Positions 39,205-51,814 of a stretch of DNA of 64,000 bases are shown in pieces. The stretch comes from Eledone cirrhosa (lineage: Eukaryota): the NCBI GenBank assembly GCA_964016885.1, contig OZ024740.1, positions 211,668,001-211,732,000 on the forward strand, written 5' to 3'. How positions within the stretch are numbered: position 1 is the stretch's first letter; the number at the start of each line of letters is the position of its first letter. The notes under the pieces were generated by a model. The model did not search any database and was not told where the DNA came from. It was given only the letters and a program-made list of their open reading frames with translations. A program made the position numbers and the translations under genes.

Positions 39205-39310
39205 GGTTTGAAAGATGAAAATGGGAGACTCAGTCAGCTATTAGGGGAGAAAGAATTTGAAATACGACAGCTTCAGAAAGAACTTTTGACACAAAATGAT
39301 ACAGTAAGAT
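39205..39310 (+). CDS. CCDC13: CCDC13 exon (GLKDENGRLSQLLGEKEFEIRQLQKELLTQNDTVR)
   Basis: TTTCTTTGTTCTTAG acceptor and GTAAGT donor at 39311 (phase 1). The DENGRLxxLLxExxFEI motif is characteristic of CCDC13. Confidence 0.88.
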
Positions 39311-40215
39311 GTAAGTTTTATAACATTATTCTTTTACTAAAAACAAAGAAAATTATTTAACTGAATTAAAATTTAGCTTCAGCATAGCTGTATATATATA
39401 TATGAATATACATTTCATATATCTAAAAATATATGGTATGTTTGATAAATAAACATTTTGAAAGCCCAGCTATGAATATTGAAAGGCACATGGTCAGCGT
39501 CGTCTAGCTAGCAGATTCCAGCAGAAGCAAGGGCGGGGGGGGACAACTTTTTATGCACATTTCAAGCTTATAGCTCTCATCGGGACAGTGTCTCCCCTGC
39601 TCTCTGCTGCAACTTGAAAACAAGCAAAAGGTTGTAGCATCCCTGTGACAATTAATTTTCTTTAGACATTAAAAAACATATATGACAAAAAAATAACATT
39701 ACAAAAAATCCCATATGTTGTAAAATAAATAGGATGGGTTAGGATTTCAATATGTAAACCAAACGACTAATTCTGGTTTAAAAAACAAAAATCAAGAGAG
39801 ACAACCTAGAAAAAATATAAATTTTTAAACACCCCCTCCCACTTTTTCCAAATCCCCTCTTATTTGGGACCGTAGAGGACATCCTAACCCTGCTTCTCGT
39901 AAGAAGTGACTAAAATGGTTAATGTCAAGTAGGGCATCTGATTGTAAAACATTACCTCAAAAAGCCCCATCCAACCCATGCTAGCGTAGAAAAGTGAATG
40001 TAAAAATGATGATGATGATTATTGATGTATTATTGAAGTAAATAGAAAGTAATAAAAGAATGTGATGTGACACTGAGAATATGATAACGTGACAACGTGC
40101 TGTAAAGTTTGGCTTTGTGTGGACTCTAAAAATTGTTTCAGCTTTATTTATTTATTAGTTTGAGGAAAGACAGTATTTTATAAGCTTTTGTATATACAAA
40201 CATAATGTTTATTTC

Positions 40216-40254
<39 letters not shown>

Positions 40255-40666
40255 TGTTGGTTAAAAATCCATAGGAATAGTTTCAAACAATTTACCCCCT
40301 TCTAAATCTACAACAGTTTCTAGAACATTCTGTAGCAGTGTAGCATTGAAGCATAAAACAACAAAAAAGAAATGTTAATCCATAAGTAACTTATTTATTA
40401 ACCTAGTAGGTTGTCAAGGAATATGTTATCATCATCATTGTTTAACATCCATTTTCCACACTAGCATGGGTTAGACGTGTTTGTCCCATTAGAGGCAAGT
40501 TGGGTGACCATGTCTCGCTCATATAGAACTGTTTTGGGCTGGTTTTCTATGGCTGGATGCCCTTCCTAATGCCAACCACATTCACAGTGTGTGCTGGGTG
40601 CTTTTTGTTGTGACACCTATATGACAACATTACTGTGTGGGCTGGATGTTTTGTGGTACCAATATA

Positions 40667-40714
<48 letters not shown>

Positions 40715-41019
40715 TGATGATGATGTGTAAACTGGTTTCTGAAATATACTTGAGCTACCAGAAAAATGGGTTTGTAAGTAGTGTGAACAAATAAAGAAGG
40801 GGCTCAGTCACTGATGAAATCTCATCACACCTAAGTCCCCTTTTTTTCTGTCCACAGTGATATTGTATATACAGATTTGTCTAATCCCAGAAATGCAACA
40901 GCCCGTCTTAACCATACAAGCATAGAAAATAGATGTAAAATGATGATGAAATAACGTGTTTACATTTGTCTATATGTACAATGCTGCGTAAAAATATGGA
41001 TATATTTTAATAATAAATA

Positions 41020-42430
41020 AAAAAAATAAATAATAATAATGAGATTATTGTGTACAGTGCTCAGGTGCACTACAACTCATCAAAGGTACATGTATAGTAC
41101 ATAGAATAATTGTTTCTACATTTGGCACAAGGCCAGCAATTACCCAGTGCATTACTGGTACTTTATTTTATCGGCCCCATAAGGATGAAAGGCAAAGTTA
41201 ACCTCGGCGGGATTTGAACTCAGATCATAAAGGGACGTAACTCTATGCTTCAACGCATGGTGTCCGACTCTCTACCGATACTGCCAATCCACCGCCCTAT
41301 ATAATTGTTTCTACTTTTGGCACAAGGCCAGCAATTACCCAGTGCATTACTGGTACTTTATTTTATCGACCCCCCGTAAGGGTGAAAGGCAAAGTCAACC
41401 TCGGCGGGATTTGAACTCAGATCGTTAAGGGACGTAACTATGCTGGAAAGCATGGCGTCCGACCCCCTACCGATACTGCCAATCCACCGCCTCAAGTACA
41501 TAGAATAATGTTCAAATGTCAGGAAAATGAATAGTGTATCAGTCATGATATATATATGTGTGTATGTGTGTGGAGGGGGAATATTAGGTGTAGTGTTGGT
41601 GAATTTCAGGAAGCATGGAGGTTTTAAAGGATGCAGTGTCTCGACAGCTAACAACTGATGCAGATAGTTTGTTCCATGCTTCAGCAACTCTGAGCGTGAA
41701 AAAATGTTTCCGAAAGTCATGGGTGCTGTGTTGTTTTCTGACTTTGTAGGTATGCCCACGTGTGTTAGACACATGGAATTCAAAAAGGTGCTCAGGGTTG
41801 TTGTTGGCAAGATGGTTAATCATTTTGTGGGTGTTTACAAAGTTAGTTGCCAGACGTCAAAGTTTCAGTGTATCCATGCCCAGGGAAGCAAGGCATTCAG
41901 TGTATGGTAGATGCCTGGTGGAGGGTATTCGCTTGGTTGCAGGTCTCTGAACAGTTTCCAGGAGGTTAATGTTCTGAGCAAGATAAGGGTTCCAGACTGG
42001 AGATGCAAATTCTAAGTGTGGCCACACCATAGCTATATACAGCTTTAAACAGATAGCTAGAGGGCAGCTGACAAAGGTCTTGCTGAGTGATGCTAAGACA
42101 CCCTCGACCTTCTTGACAATTTTAGAGACGTGTTTCGTCCAAAGCAAATCGCTGCTGACCGTAATGCCCAGATCATGTTCACAAGAAGACTTCTTGATAT
42201 TAGTGTTGTGAAGGGAGTATGTGGATGCTGGGTTTTTACTACCAAAATGCATGGTGGTACACTTGTCCACAGCCAGCTTGAGTTGCCAGTCTGTGATCCA
42301 TTGTTGCATTGTGTCCAGGTCTGATTGCAAGAAAGATCTATAGTGTTCAGGATCTGTCTTTTTTATCTCAAGGTTCAGCTTGATGTCATCTGCATATTTC
42401 AGCACTGTGGCATTCTTTAAGTTGGCATCT
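41020..42430 (-). mobile_element. CR1-clade LINE 3' portion, interrupted by a SINE dimer
   Basis: KYADDIKL, LEFASPVWNP, ETVQRPATK, TRGHTYK..RKHFFTLRVAEAWNKL. (ATT)n tail. Confidence 0.88.
41111..41494 (-). mobile_element. Head-to-tail SINE dimer flanked by one 15-bp TSD
   Basis: TSD AGTACATAGAATAAT at 41096-41110 and 41495-41509, enclosing two ~190-bp monomers. Confidence 0.88.
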
Positions 42431-43151
42431 ATTTTGTAGTACAGTAAAACATTGAAGAAAAACACTGTCAATGCCTCAGTAATTTATTAATTTAACTAGA
42501 TGCCAAAAGTGCGCAAAGTCACAAGAAATAGTGAGTTTATAAACAGTATGTTTGTGGACATTTAAAGAGGGTACTCAATCATTGATAAAACCCCAACAGT
42601 AGAATTGAAACTATTCTATCTAATCCATATGTTTTCTTTCAATGAATATTTATATATAGTCCACGCTGTAAAGTGGTTGGTGTTAGGAAGGGCATCCAGC
42701 CATAGAAATCAAGCTAGAAACAGTTCTGTATGAGCAAGACTCAGTCAGCTGATCTGACATCTCACAAAAGGACAACTCATCTAATCCCATGCTAGCGTAG
42801 AAAATAGACGGTAAATGATGATGATGATGATGTAAGTACTGGCCTATCTAACGTCATGCAATAATAGAAAATAGATATTAAAAAGCGAGACAAATATCAC
42901 ATCTGTTTGTATAAATACTACTAGATAAACATATAAATACTGCTAGATAAACATATAAATACTACTAGATAAACATATAAATACATAAACATAGCACAGT
43001 ATAATATTGACTTTAACCTCCTTAATTAAACAACAGTGTGTGGGGTTGTTATCAGGGATCAATATCTATCATGTTGATACAAGATGTCTTTCTGTATTTA
43101 ATATTGTCTTTACTTATTTAATCCTTGATTAATCTTATTTAATCCTTGCAT

Positions 43152-43540
43152 GGAGGCAAATGGCTTAGTGGTTAGAGCATTGGCCTTGCAATCGAAAGGT
43201 TGTGAGTTCAATTTTCAGACCGGGTGATGTGTTGTGTCCTTGAGCAAGACACTTTATTTCACATTGCTCCATTTTAGTTAGCTATAGAAATGAGAGGATA
43301 GGACTGGGGTCCCTATCATTCCACTGCAAAGTGGTCGTGGAGGTACCACGGCAAAAAAGCACACAGCCCACGCTGTAAAGTGGACGTGTAGGCGCCACGG
43401 AAAAAAAGCACCCAATACTCACTGTAAATGAGGTTGGTGTTAGGAAGGGCATCCAGCTGTAGAAATCAAGCCAGAATCAGTTCCCATCGCACCCTTGCAA
43501 GCAGGGAAAAGTGGACGTAAAATGATGAGGATCATGATGA
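43152..43540 (+). mobile_element. tRNA/CORE-like SINE with RTE-derived 3' tail
   Basis: A box TGGCTTAGTGG, B box GAGTTCAATT, CORE-like TGTGTCCTTGAGCAAGACACTT. The 3' ~220 bp matches the RTE 3'UTR at 37041-37260. Confidence 0.8.
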
Positions 43541-44105
43541 TTTCTTTTTACTGACAGAGTAAACATATAAAGCTTCTCTGAAATATATATTTGACAGTAA
43601 AGTGATATAGTTGATACAAAGTATTGTGAGGTGTGTAATACACGACTACGTTTATATTAGTATAGTTAATACAAAGTATTGTGAGGTGTGTAATACATGA
43701 CTAAGTTTATATTAGTATAGTTAATACAAAGTATTGTGAGGTGTGTTAGGAAGTATTGTGAGGTGTTTAATACATGACTAAGTTTATATTAGTATAGTTG
43801 ATAGAACGTATTGTGAGGTGTGTAATACGTGACTAAGTTTCATTAAGCTGGTACAATATGGTAGAAATATATAAAAGGCAAAGAATGACAAACAAAACAA
43901 AGTAATGTTTTTATCCAGTATAAATGTAAAAATGAAGACGGTTCAAAACAAAACCAATGATCAATGTGTTCTGCTCTGTTTTTTTCATTTGAAAAGAGGG
44001 TATTAGCCCTATTATTATGTTGATTTAATTAGCCCTAAAATATTATGTTGACTGAAACTTATCAGTCATTTATTACATATTTATGAGAGAATATTTTTCT
44101 TGCAG

Positions 44106-44245
44106 TACCAGAAATTACAAATGATGCTGCAGCTATGAAAATTGTGGAACTTTCTAAAAACCTGCGTAAAGCAGTGTCATATCTTGAAGTTGAGAAAACA
44201 AAATCCAGAAATTTAACAAAACTGTATGAAGAATTGAAAGAAGAG
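44106..44245 (+). CDS. CCDC13: CCDC13 exon (LPEITNDAAAMKIVELSKNLRKAVSYLEVEKTKSRNLTKLYEELKEE)
   Basis: TTTTTCTTGCAG acceptor, GAG|GTAAC donor, phase 1/0 consistent with the previous exon. Contains the DxxAxKIVELSK motif of CCDC13. Confidence 0.9.
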
Positions 44246-44519
44246 GTAACTATTATCATGGCAACTACTAGTATACTATTAGTATATCAATGAGTTATTA
44301 GTAACAAAGTATATATATGATGATGATGATGATTTTGTAGTTAGGGTGTTTTACTCAATTGTAAGGGCATCTGTTTGGTTCCCTGTGGCCTTGAACAAGA
44401 CACATTATTTCATGTTACTCAAAGCCACTCAGCTGGAAAAAAATAATTGTGCCTGTAAATTAAAAATGTCAGTCTTATCTTAACTGTGCCATGCTTAATC
44501 TATCCTATTGATATATACA

Positions 44520-45942
44520 ACTATGTTAGAGTGAACACCTTAATTAAAAACAAAATCTGACACTTTTGAAAAAAAAAAACAATTGAAAACAAGAAAATTC
44601 ACTCTTTGGAATATGGTGAAAAATATGAACAAAGCTGGAATCTATGAAAACTGGATCAACTCCACACCACTAATCTTACCCCATAAATTCCAAATAAAAC
44701 CCATAACTAATGAGCCTGAACAACAAAGGAAACTACGCGAACAAATGTCACTCAACAAAATGAATATGGAAATAGAACTCTTAAAATTAAGAGCTACCTC
44801 CAATGAACAAAAATATCAGGATATTGACCAACAAATGGAGGAGGAATGTGCTAAATACAGTGAGGGACCAACCCTACAAAATGTGATTAAATCCTGGAAA
44901 CGACTGCAGAATTGATATCACGAAAACGATGTGAAAAATCTGAAAACTGTTTCCTTAAATATGAAGAGGATTTCAAAAATACACATCACCCAGATAACCT
45001 CTTTATAAAGAAATTAAACAAAACAAGAACCCCCACAGAAACATTCATACCGCCAACCCTAACACACATAAACCACAGACAAAACCTCACTCAACACAAA
45101 CAAATACAACCAGCTACAGTAGAAGAAACATACCCAACCATCACAACATAAGTACCCACAAAAATATCTCCTACAGAAACCAACCCCAAAACAACATAGA
45201 ACTAACCCACAACATAAACAGCATATACTTCAGAAGAAATCCACCTGGACCACATGAAATCCCAACAAACTTTTCCCCACATTAACAACTGCAACAGGTA
45301 TCACCCCTAACACTACAAAAAACAACCTTTTATCAACACTATGTATTCTAGATGAATCCACCAAGACCACACAAAACCACCACTGAACCCTTACACAACA
45401 ACGACAACAATGGGTACCATTCCCAACACTGTTAACCTCGAAAGAAAACATCCTACAGATCCATACAAAACAGACTATAATTACACCCAAAATAACATTC
45501 CTTTTTTAGAACAAAGACTGAAATACCAGGACACCCGATGGCTCCTATACATGAAAAACTGAAGGTAATTAACCTTTCAAAGAAATCACTAACTAACACA
45601 CAAATTAACATATTAAGTAAGAGACTGAAATTTATACCCACACCACAAAATCAAACTTTCCTGAAATGAAGATGACATCATGGAATTTTGACAAAAACTC
45701 AGACTAACCGAATACTTCTCCAATGACACAACACTGAAGACGAATCAATAGTGAGAAACAAAAGTGATTTCTGCCCACACAAATGAAGGAACTCAGCACT
45801 GGACACCTACTGCAAACACATCATCAACTTTCCCTATGAGAAAATTGAAAATAAACACACAAAATCGAACCTCTCAAAACATGAACGGAAAGAATTATTC
45901 ACACTGAGATAACACAGAAATAACCATCAAAGAAGGCGATAA
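44520..45942 (+). mobile_element. Degenerate 5' fragment of a Neptune/Poseidon-like PLE
   Basis: KVINLSKKSLTNTQINILSKRLKFIPTP, KLRLTEYF, SNLSKHERKEL, ITIKEGDK (IKxADKG) with stops and frameshifts. Confidence 0.7.
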
Positions 45943-46090
45943 AATATTTTATATATTTTATAAAAAAATTGTTCTCCTTTTTTCAATAATGTAACTTTGA
46001 CAGATTAAAGAAGAAAAAAAGAAAAAAAGATTCTTTAAATATATTTATATGCTGTTTCCATTCTTACTTTTTTCTACACACACATATATA

Positions 46091-46448
46091 CAGTTGTCCC
46101 CCCCCCCCAGTATTCGCGGGGTTTATGTTCCTAGAGCACTCGCGAAGAGTGAAAAACTGCGAATATTGGACATAGTCCATAAAAATGTCTATAAATGTCA
46201 AAATATAATTAAAAGGGGGGTGGGGAGCGTCTTATGTGGAGGGGCGTCCAATAGGCCAGCAAATATGGTATATTGTTATTAATAATTTAGCATTAAAAAA
46301 TATATATTGCCACGAAAAAAGCCATTAAAATATCGCGGAGATATTTACGATTCTGCGAATATGCGGTGGATTGCCATGAACAATTATTAGTTAGGTTCTA
46401 ATGACAATTCTGTAAATAACTGGGACTGCGAATGTTGGGGGTACACTG
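46091..46448. mobile_element. pogo/Tigger-like MITE
   Basis: TA|CAGTTGTCCCC..AGTATTCGCGG and CTGCGAATGTTGGGGGTACACTG|TA terminal inverted repeats. Confidence 0.75.
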
Positions 46449-46479
46449 TATATATATATATATATTTAGTTATACCATA

Positions 46480-46725
46480 TACGTGGTTTTGTCTTTGCGT
46501 GTAATTGTTTTCACTGAACCAAATAATGACGTATTATCTTCGTTTTTTTCCTTCTTTGTAAGGGAACGTTTCCACAAACCAAAGTATCGTCTTCCTGTCT
46601 TCCTTTGGTTGCAACGTTTTTTGAAATATTTACTTCTGCGTTCACAGATTGACTTTTTTAGTTTCAGAAGATCTCGTTAAGGGTGAAAGCAGCGATTCTT
46701 TGCTTAAACTTTAATCTGTTATTTA
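46480..46725 (-). mobile_element. Partial copy of the Helitron-like repeat at 63737-64000
   Basis: 46635-46725 is the reverse complement of 63910-64000. Confidence 0.6.
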
Positions 46726-47028
46726 TATATATATATTATATATATATATATAATATATATATTTATGATTTAGTGTTAAAAAATAAAAATTAATGGTAAA
46801 ATAAAATTACATCTTTTTAAAATGTCCTCCACCCCACATCTGAGGGTGTGTGACCCTAAGCTATAGTTTATTTAGCTTATAGGTATGTCCAGTACTGTAT
46901 TATATAGTGTAAAAAACACTCCCTGAGGTATTTTCCCTCAGCAATATTGTTTAACCCTTTAGCATTTACATTACTCTATATATACTATTATATTTTCATG
47001 GTAAAGGCTTTATCTCACATAATATCGA

Positions 47029-47228
47029 NNNNNNNNNNNNNNNNNNNNNNNNNNNNNNNNNNNNNNNNNNNNNNNNNNNNNNNNNNNNNNNNNNNNNNNN
47101 NNNNNNNNNNNNNNNNNNNNNNNNNNNNNNNNNNNNNNNNNNNNNNNNNNNNNNNNNNNNNNNNNNNNNNNNNNNNNNNNNNNNNNNNNNNNNNNNNNNN
47201 NNNNNNNNNNNNNNNNNNNNNNNNNNNN
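47029..47228. other. Assembly gap (200 N)
   Basis: N run. Confidence 1.
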
Positions 47229-47826
<598 letters not shown>

Positions 47827-47888
47827 TGAAATATATGAAATATATGAAATATATGAAATATAAGAATCAAAGAGCTGTTCAAAACATT

Positions 47889-47942
47889 ATTGTGCTTACA
47901 GCTGTTTCCTCCAAACCGAGGTTTGGATTCTTCGGAGCAATT
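47889..47942 (-). ncRNA. Hammerhead ribozyme (inverted copy)
   Basis: Reverse complement of the motif at 55720-55766. Confidence 0.75.
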
Positions 47943-49382
47943 TATTAATGCATGGACAGTTATATGACCTCCTTTTCAGCCGAGAGACATACCAACACAT
48001 ATTCAAACATTGATACATATTCAAACATTGTGGGTCAACATTCATTACAGAATTTAGAGTGGCAGTACACACTTCGAGATTACATTTATATTAATAGGTA
48101 CAATCAAAAATCAAAGATATAGGTTAAAGTACAACATGAAGATAAGTGGTTATATAGTGCAAATGTTATATGTGTGGCACGCATGTGCGTCTTGTTTATA
48201 TAGTGTGGCAGAGAGATATGTGTGGTAGAGGCACTTAGGTAGGTAAATAAGAGTGTTAGGTTGGTAGATCTGGTGGCAAAGTCTTTATATGATTGATATA
48301 GTCTGTGTGTGGAGAAATATTATAAGCATTAAAGATAGTGCAAGCATTAAAAGTGTTATAAGTATTGGAGATGCACAGCGCATGGATGTCAAGTAATTCA
48401 TGTACTTCGGTATTTTCATGGTCAAGGGAGTGTATATTTCGATTATATGCCTTTCACATAATCCACGACAATCTAGTTAGAGATCGTAGTCTGGTGCTCT
48501 TTAGTTCGATACAGGTGGTTGTTACGTTTCGAGAGACGCCATTGAATACCGGAAGTGTGTGTGTGGCTAAGGGGAGTTAATGCATGCGGGGAGGTAACTC
48601 TGGGGTTTCTATATCTAGCCATTAAAATGTGTCTCAATATAGACCCTAAATTCTATGGTGAGGTGCACCTTCCAAGAGAGACTTTTAAAGCATAAAGTGT
48701 ACTAACTATAGAGTAGTTTAACTAAATTATGCTGAAGGTGATCATATTATTATTAGGGTGGATTAACCCATCTTAAGGTGCTACAAATGGAAATTATAGA
48801 TGATGAGCGAGGATTCTAAATTAATGATCTCTATGGTTGTAGTCTGCTCATATGACCAGGCGCGGTGATTGCAGGATTGCTTCAGGACCCAATGATCTCT
48901 GGTAAGATCTGGGTCATCGCTTGCTACATTGGATGTCGAAAGATAATCGTCCCCAGGCAGGCCAAAGGTCAAGCCGCAGTCCTCGCGACCCCTCTCTGAC
49001 CGTCAGATCATCCATATACGTACAACCCGCACGGCAGTTGCATTGCATTCACTCACTGCGCTCAGCGGCCTGGTCCTACTGGTCAACAGCGCTACTCGAT
49101 TAAATCATTTTACATCTGTCTAAGGAAGGTGTTTCCTCTGCCCAACACCATCCAACCGATCAATTCATGCTCAAATTACCCTTAGAGCGGCGTAGTGCCG
49201 TCCAGGTGGGTGGATGTTGTCACACCTGCCGTAGAGGTATAAATGGGTATTTTCCCTGCGAAGGGTTCCAGTGGGATGTCGTTGTTTGTGTTATAATGGA
49301 TCAGCTAGTGTTGGGTATGTAGTATAGGGTGTGTCTCTGGTGTTTGATGCTAGATGTGGTGTTAGGTTCCAGTCCGACATTG

Positions 49383-51008
49383 CTATATATGGGGCTTAAA
49401 GTTTTGGAAGGAATGTCTGAGGCGGTGCTGGCAAGTTGCAAACACCTCAGATTTTTTGTTAAGTAGGTTACGGTTGGAGAAGATAATATTGTGTGTCTCT
49501 AGTATACAGAGGTTACAGAATTTATTAGGTGGTTTGTACGAGGTCGCGCTGCCTATCACTTCCCATTTGAGTGTGTATGGTTTATTTTTAGATTTTAGAT
49601 AGTGAATGTAGCTAGAAAGTGAGGTGGAGTTGGCTAGGCTGTGCTTTTTGAACGAGTGGATGTGCGAGTTATATCTAATTTTGAAGCAGTTAGAAGTGGA
49701 GCCTACATAGGTTTCTGAAGAGTTATTAGTCGTGACTGTGCATGAGTATATGACATCCTTGGTTAGGCATTTTTTATCTAAAGGGCAGGTTCTATTAGCT
49801 CTACAGTTACAATTATTCTGTGCGTTAGTCCGCTGGTTATAATGCAATGCGGAAGTCTGTGTGGTGGGTATAGGATTTTGGGTGTTCAGGTTGACAACCC
49901 TGGTGTTATTACTTATACTAGTGTTATTTCTATTGTTACTGCCGTTGCTATTGTTGCTTGCTACAGTGGTATTTAGAGGGTTTGCATCCCGTTGCGATTT
50001 TGTTTGTTGGAAGTAAGAACTAATTTTACTATTATTGCTGCTAGCTATGTGGTATGCTAAGTTAGGCGTCGTGGAGTATGAGATTTTAATGGTGTTTTTG
50101 TTTAAGAGGTTGTGGTACTTGTGTCCTAGAGGGAAGTTTTTATCTAGTAGTGAGAAGAAAGCCCTAGGTATGTTGGTGGAGACATTTAGGTTGAAAGGAG
50201 GGTTGAAAAATGTATTATTTCTTCTTCTATTTTTGCTTTTAGTGTTTGGTGTGTTGCTTCCTCCTAAGGCCTCACAGTAGTTTCCATGGTAATGGTTACT
50301 TCCGGTGGCACCCTCCGCTTTGGTGTACTTGTGGTTGCTATTCCTATTATTAGATTTCCTCATGGACATGTTGTGCGAGATGATGTTGTAGCTATGTGTT
50401 TTCTTAGGTAGGAACTCAATTTCTATATTATGGCCGGAGCTAGCTAATGCTTGATTGTAATATTGTGAGTTTTTGCTAAATATGTTTGCGTCATAGGACA
50501 GACTAGAGATTCTATTGGACACCCCCTTAGAGATAGAGTTTAATATTGATCTAGGGTGATTAGACTTGGTATCTACGTAAATAAGTTTCTCATTAGGCTT
50601 ATGGAAGGGTGTATATATTTTTGAGTCTAGGTATAGTGTGGCGTCTAGGAAGTTAACATTTTTAGTGTTTTTGTCCATGGTGATACTAAGGTTAAAGTTT
50701 TTGAATGTCTTATGCAGTTGTTTTCTAGTTCTTTCTATATTAAATTTTTTATATTCTATGAGTAGAAGTGCATCATCGCGGTACAAACCACCGTTGAGGT
50801 AAGGGAGGTCTTTATGGATTTCATTGAGGAGGTATAGGCCGACCAAATCAGTGACCTGCGCCGAGTCACTAGATCCCATGGTTATGTCGAAGTTGTTGTG
50901 CGTATCCTTGCGTGTCCATAGTTGGTCCTCGAAGGTGATTATGGTTTTACGGGCCGCAAGGATGACATCAACCTGGGCTCTAGTCAGGTCGCTATTGGTC
51001 ATGGCCAT
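49383..51008 (-). CDS. Inverted, 5'-truncated copy of the PLE RT/GIY-YIG ORF
   Basis: 541 aa identical to the C-terminal part of 52315..54276. Confidence 0.9.
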   Translation of the reverse strand: MAMTNSDLTRAQVDVILAARKTIITFEDQLWTRKDTHNNFDITMGSSDSAQVTDLVGLYLLNEIHKDLPYLNGGLYRDDALLLIEYKKFNIERTRKQLHKTFKNFNLSITMDKNTKNVNFLDATLYLDSKIYTPFHKPNEKLIYVDTKSNHPRSILNSISKGVSNRISSLSYDANIFSKNSQYYNQALASSGHNIEIEFLPKKTHSYNIISHNMSMRKSNNRNSNHKYTKAEGATGSNHYHGNYCEALGGSNTPNTKSKNRRRNNTFFNPPFNLNVSTNIPRAFFSLLDKNFPLGHKYHNLLNKNTIKISYSTTPNLAYHIASSNNSKISSYFQQTKSQRDANPLNTTVASNNSNGSNNRNNTSISNNTRVVNLNTQNPIPTTQTSALHYNQRTNAQNNCNCRANRTCPLDKKCLTKDVIYSCTVTTNNSSETYVGSTSNCFKIRYNSHIHSFKKHSLANSTSLSSYIHYLKSKNKPYTLKWEVIGSATSYKPPNKFCNLCILETHNIIFSNRNLLNKKSEVFATCQHRLRHSFQNFKPHI

Positions 51009-51518
51009 GATAAGTGCCTTATTTAATAGGATAGGGGAAATAGAGGTGTAGTATGAATTGATATCAAATTGAATAAATTTTTTGTTCTTATTATTCTTAT
51101 AACACTTTTAATGCTTGCACTATCTTTAATGCTTATAATATTTCTCCACACACAGACTATATCAATCATATAAAGACTTTGCCACCAGATCTACCAACCT
51201 AACACTCTTATTTACCTACCTAAGTGCCTCTACCACACATATCTCTCTGCCACACTATATAAACAAGACGCACATGCGTGCCACACATATAACATTTGCA
51301 CTATATAACCACTTATCTTCATGTTGTACTTTAACCTATATCTTTGATTTTTGATTGTACCTATTAATATAAATGTAATCTCGAAGTGTGTACTGCCACT
51401 CTAAATTCTGTAATGAATGTTGACCCACAATGTTTGAATATGTATCAATGTTTGAATATGTGTTGGTATGTCTCTCGGCTGAAAAGGAGGTCATATAACT
51501 GTCCATGCATTAATAAAT

Positions 51519-51565
51519 TGCTCCGAAGAATCCAAACCTCGGTTTGGAGGAAACAGCTGTAAGCA
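51519..51565 (+). ncRNA. Minimal type-I hammerhead, variant core CCGAAGA (5' pLTR)
   Basis: TGCT-CCGAAGA(51523-51529)-a TCCAAAC ctcg GTTTGGA g-GAAA(51550-51553)-palindromic ACAGCTGT-GUA(51559-51561)-AGCA. Confidence 0.78.
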
Positions 51566-51814
51566 CAATAATGTTTTGAACAGCTCTTTGATTCTTATAT
51601 TTCATATAACTGCTCTGTAAATCATCTGATGTTTTTACATTGAGCTACTTAACTTACTGGTAATAAGGTAGTAATACATTACTGCCTACCACTATTTAGG
51701 GTGTGTGTAAAATACTTACAACTGCTTAAGGTTTTGTGTTTACATAACCATAAATAGTATAACTAATACTATTAACTGCTCCATATCGTTGAGCTGACAT
51801 ATAATATTGCCAAT

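Noticed and set aside
45985-46050. Possible extra CCDC13 exon (TTTGACAG|IKEEKKKK..)
   Set aside because: No convincing donor or homology. A linker exon between 44245 and 60671 may be missed or lie in the gap.
46950-47028. TTAA-CCC piggyBac-like terminus
   Set aside because: Only one end is visible before the gap, so a TIR cannot be verified.
48365-49103. Small ORFs conserved between 48.3-49.1 kb and 54.5-55.3 kb
   Set aside because: The identity reflects the recent inverted duplication, not coding constraint.
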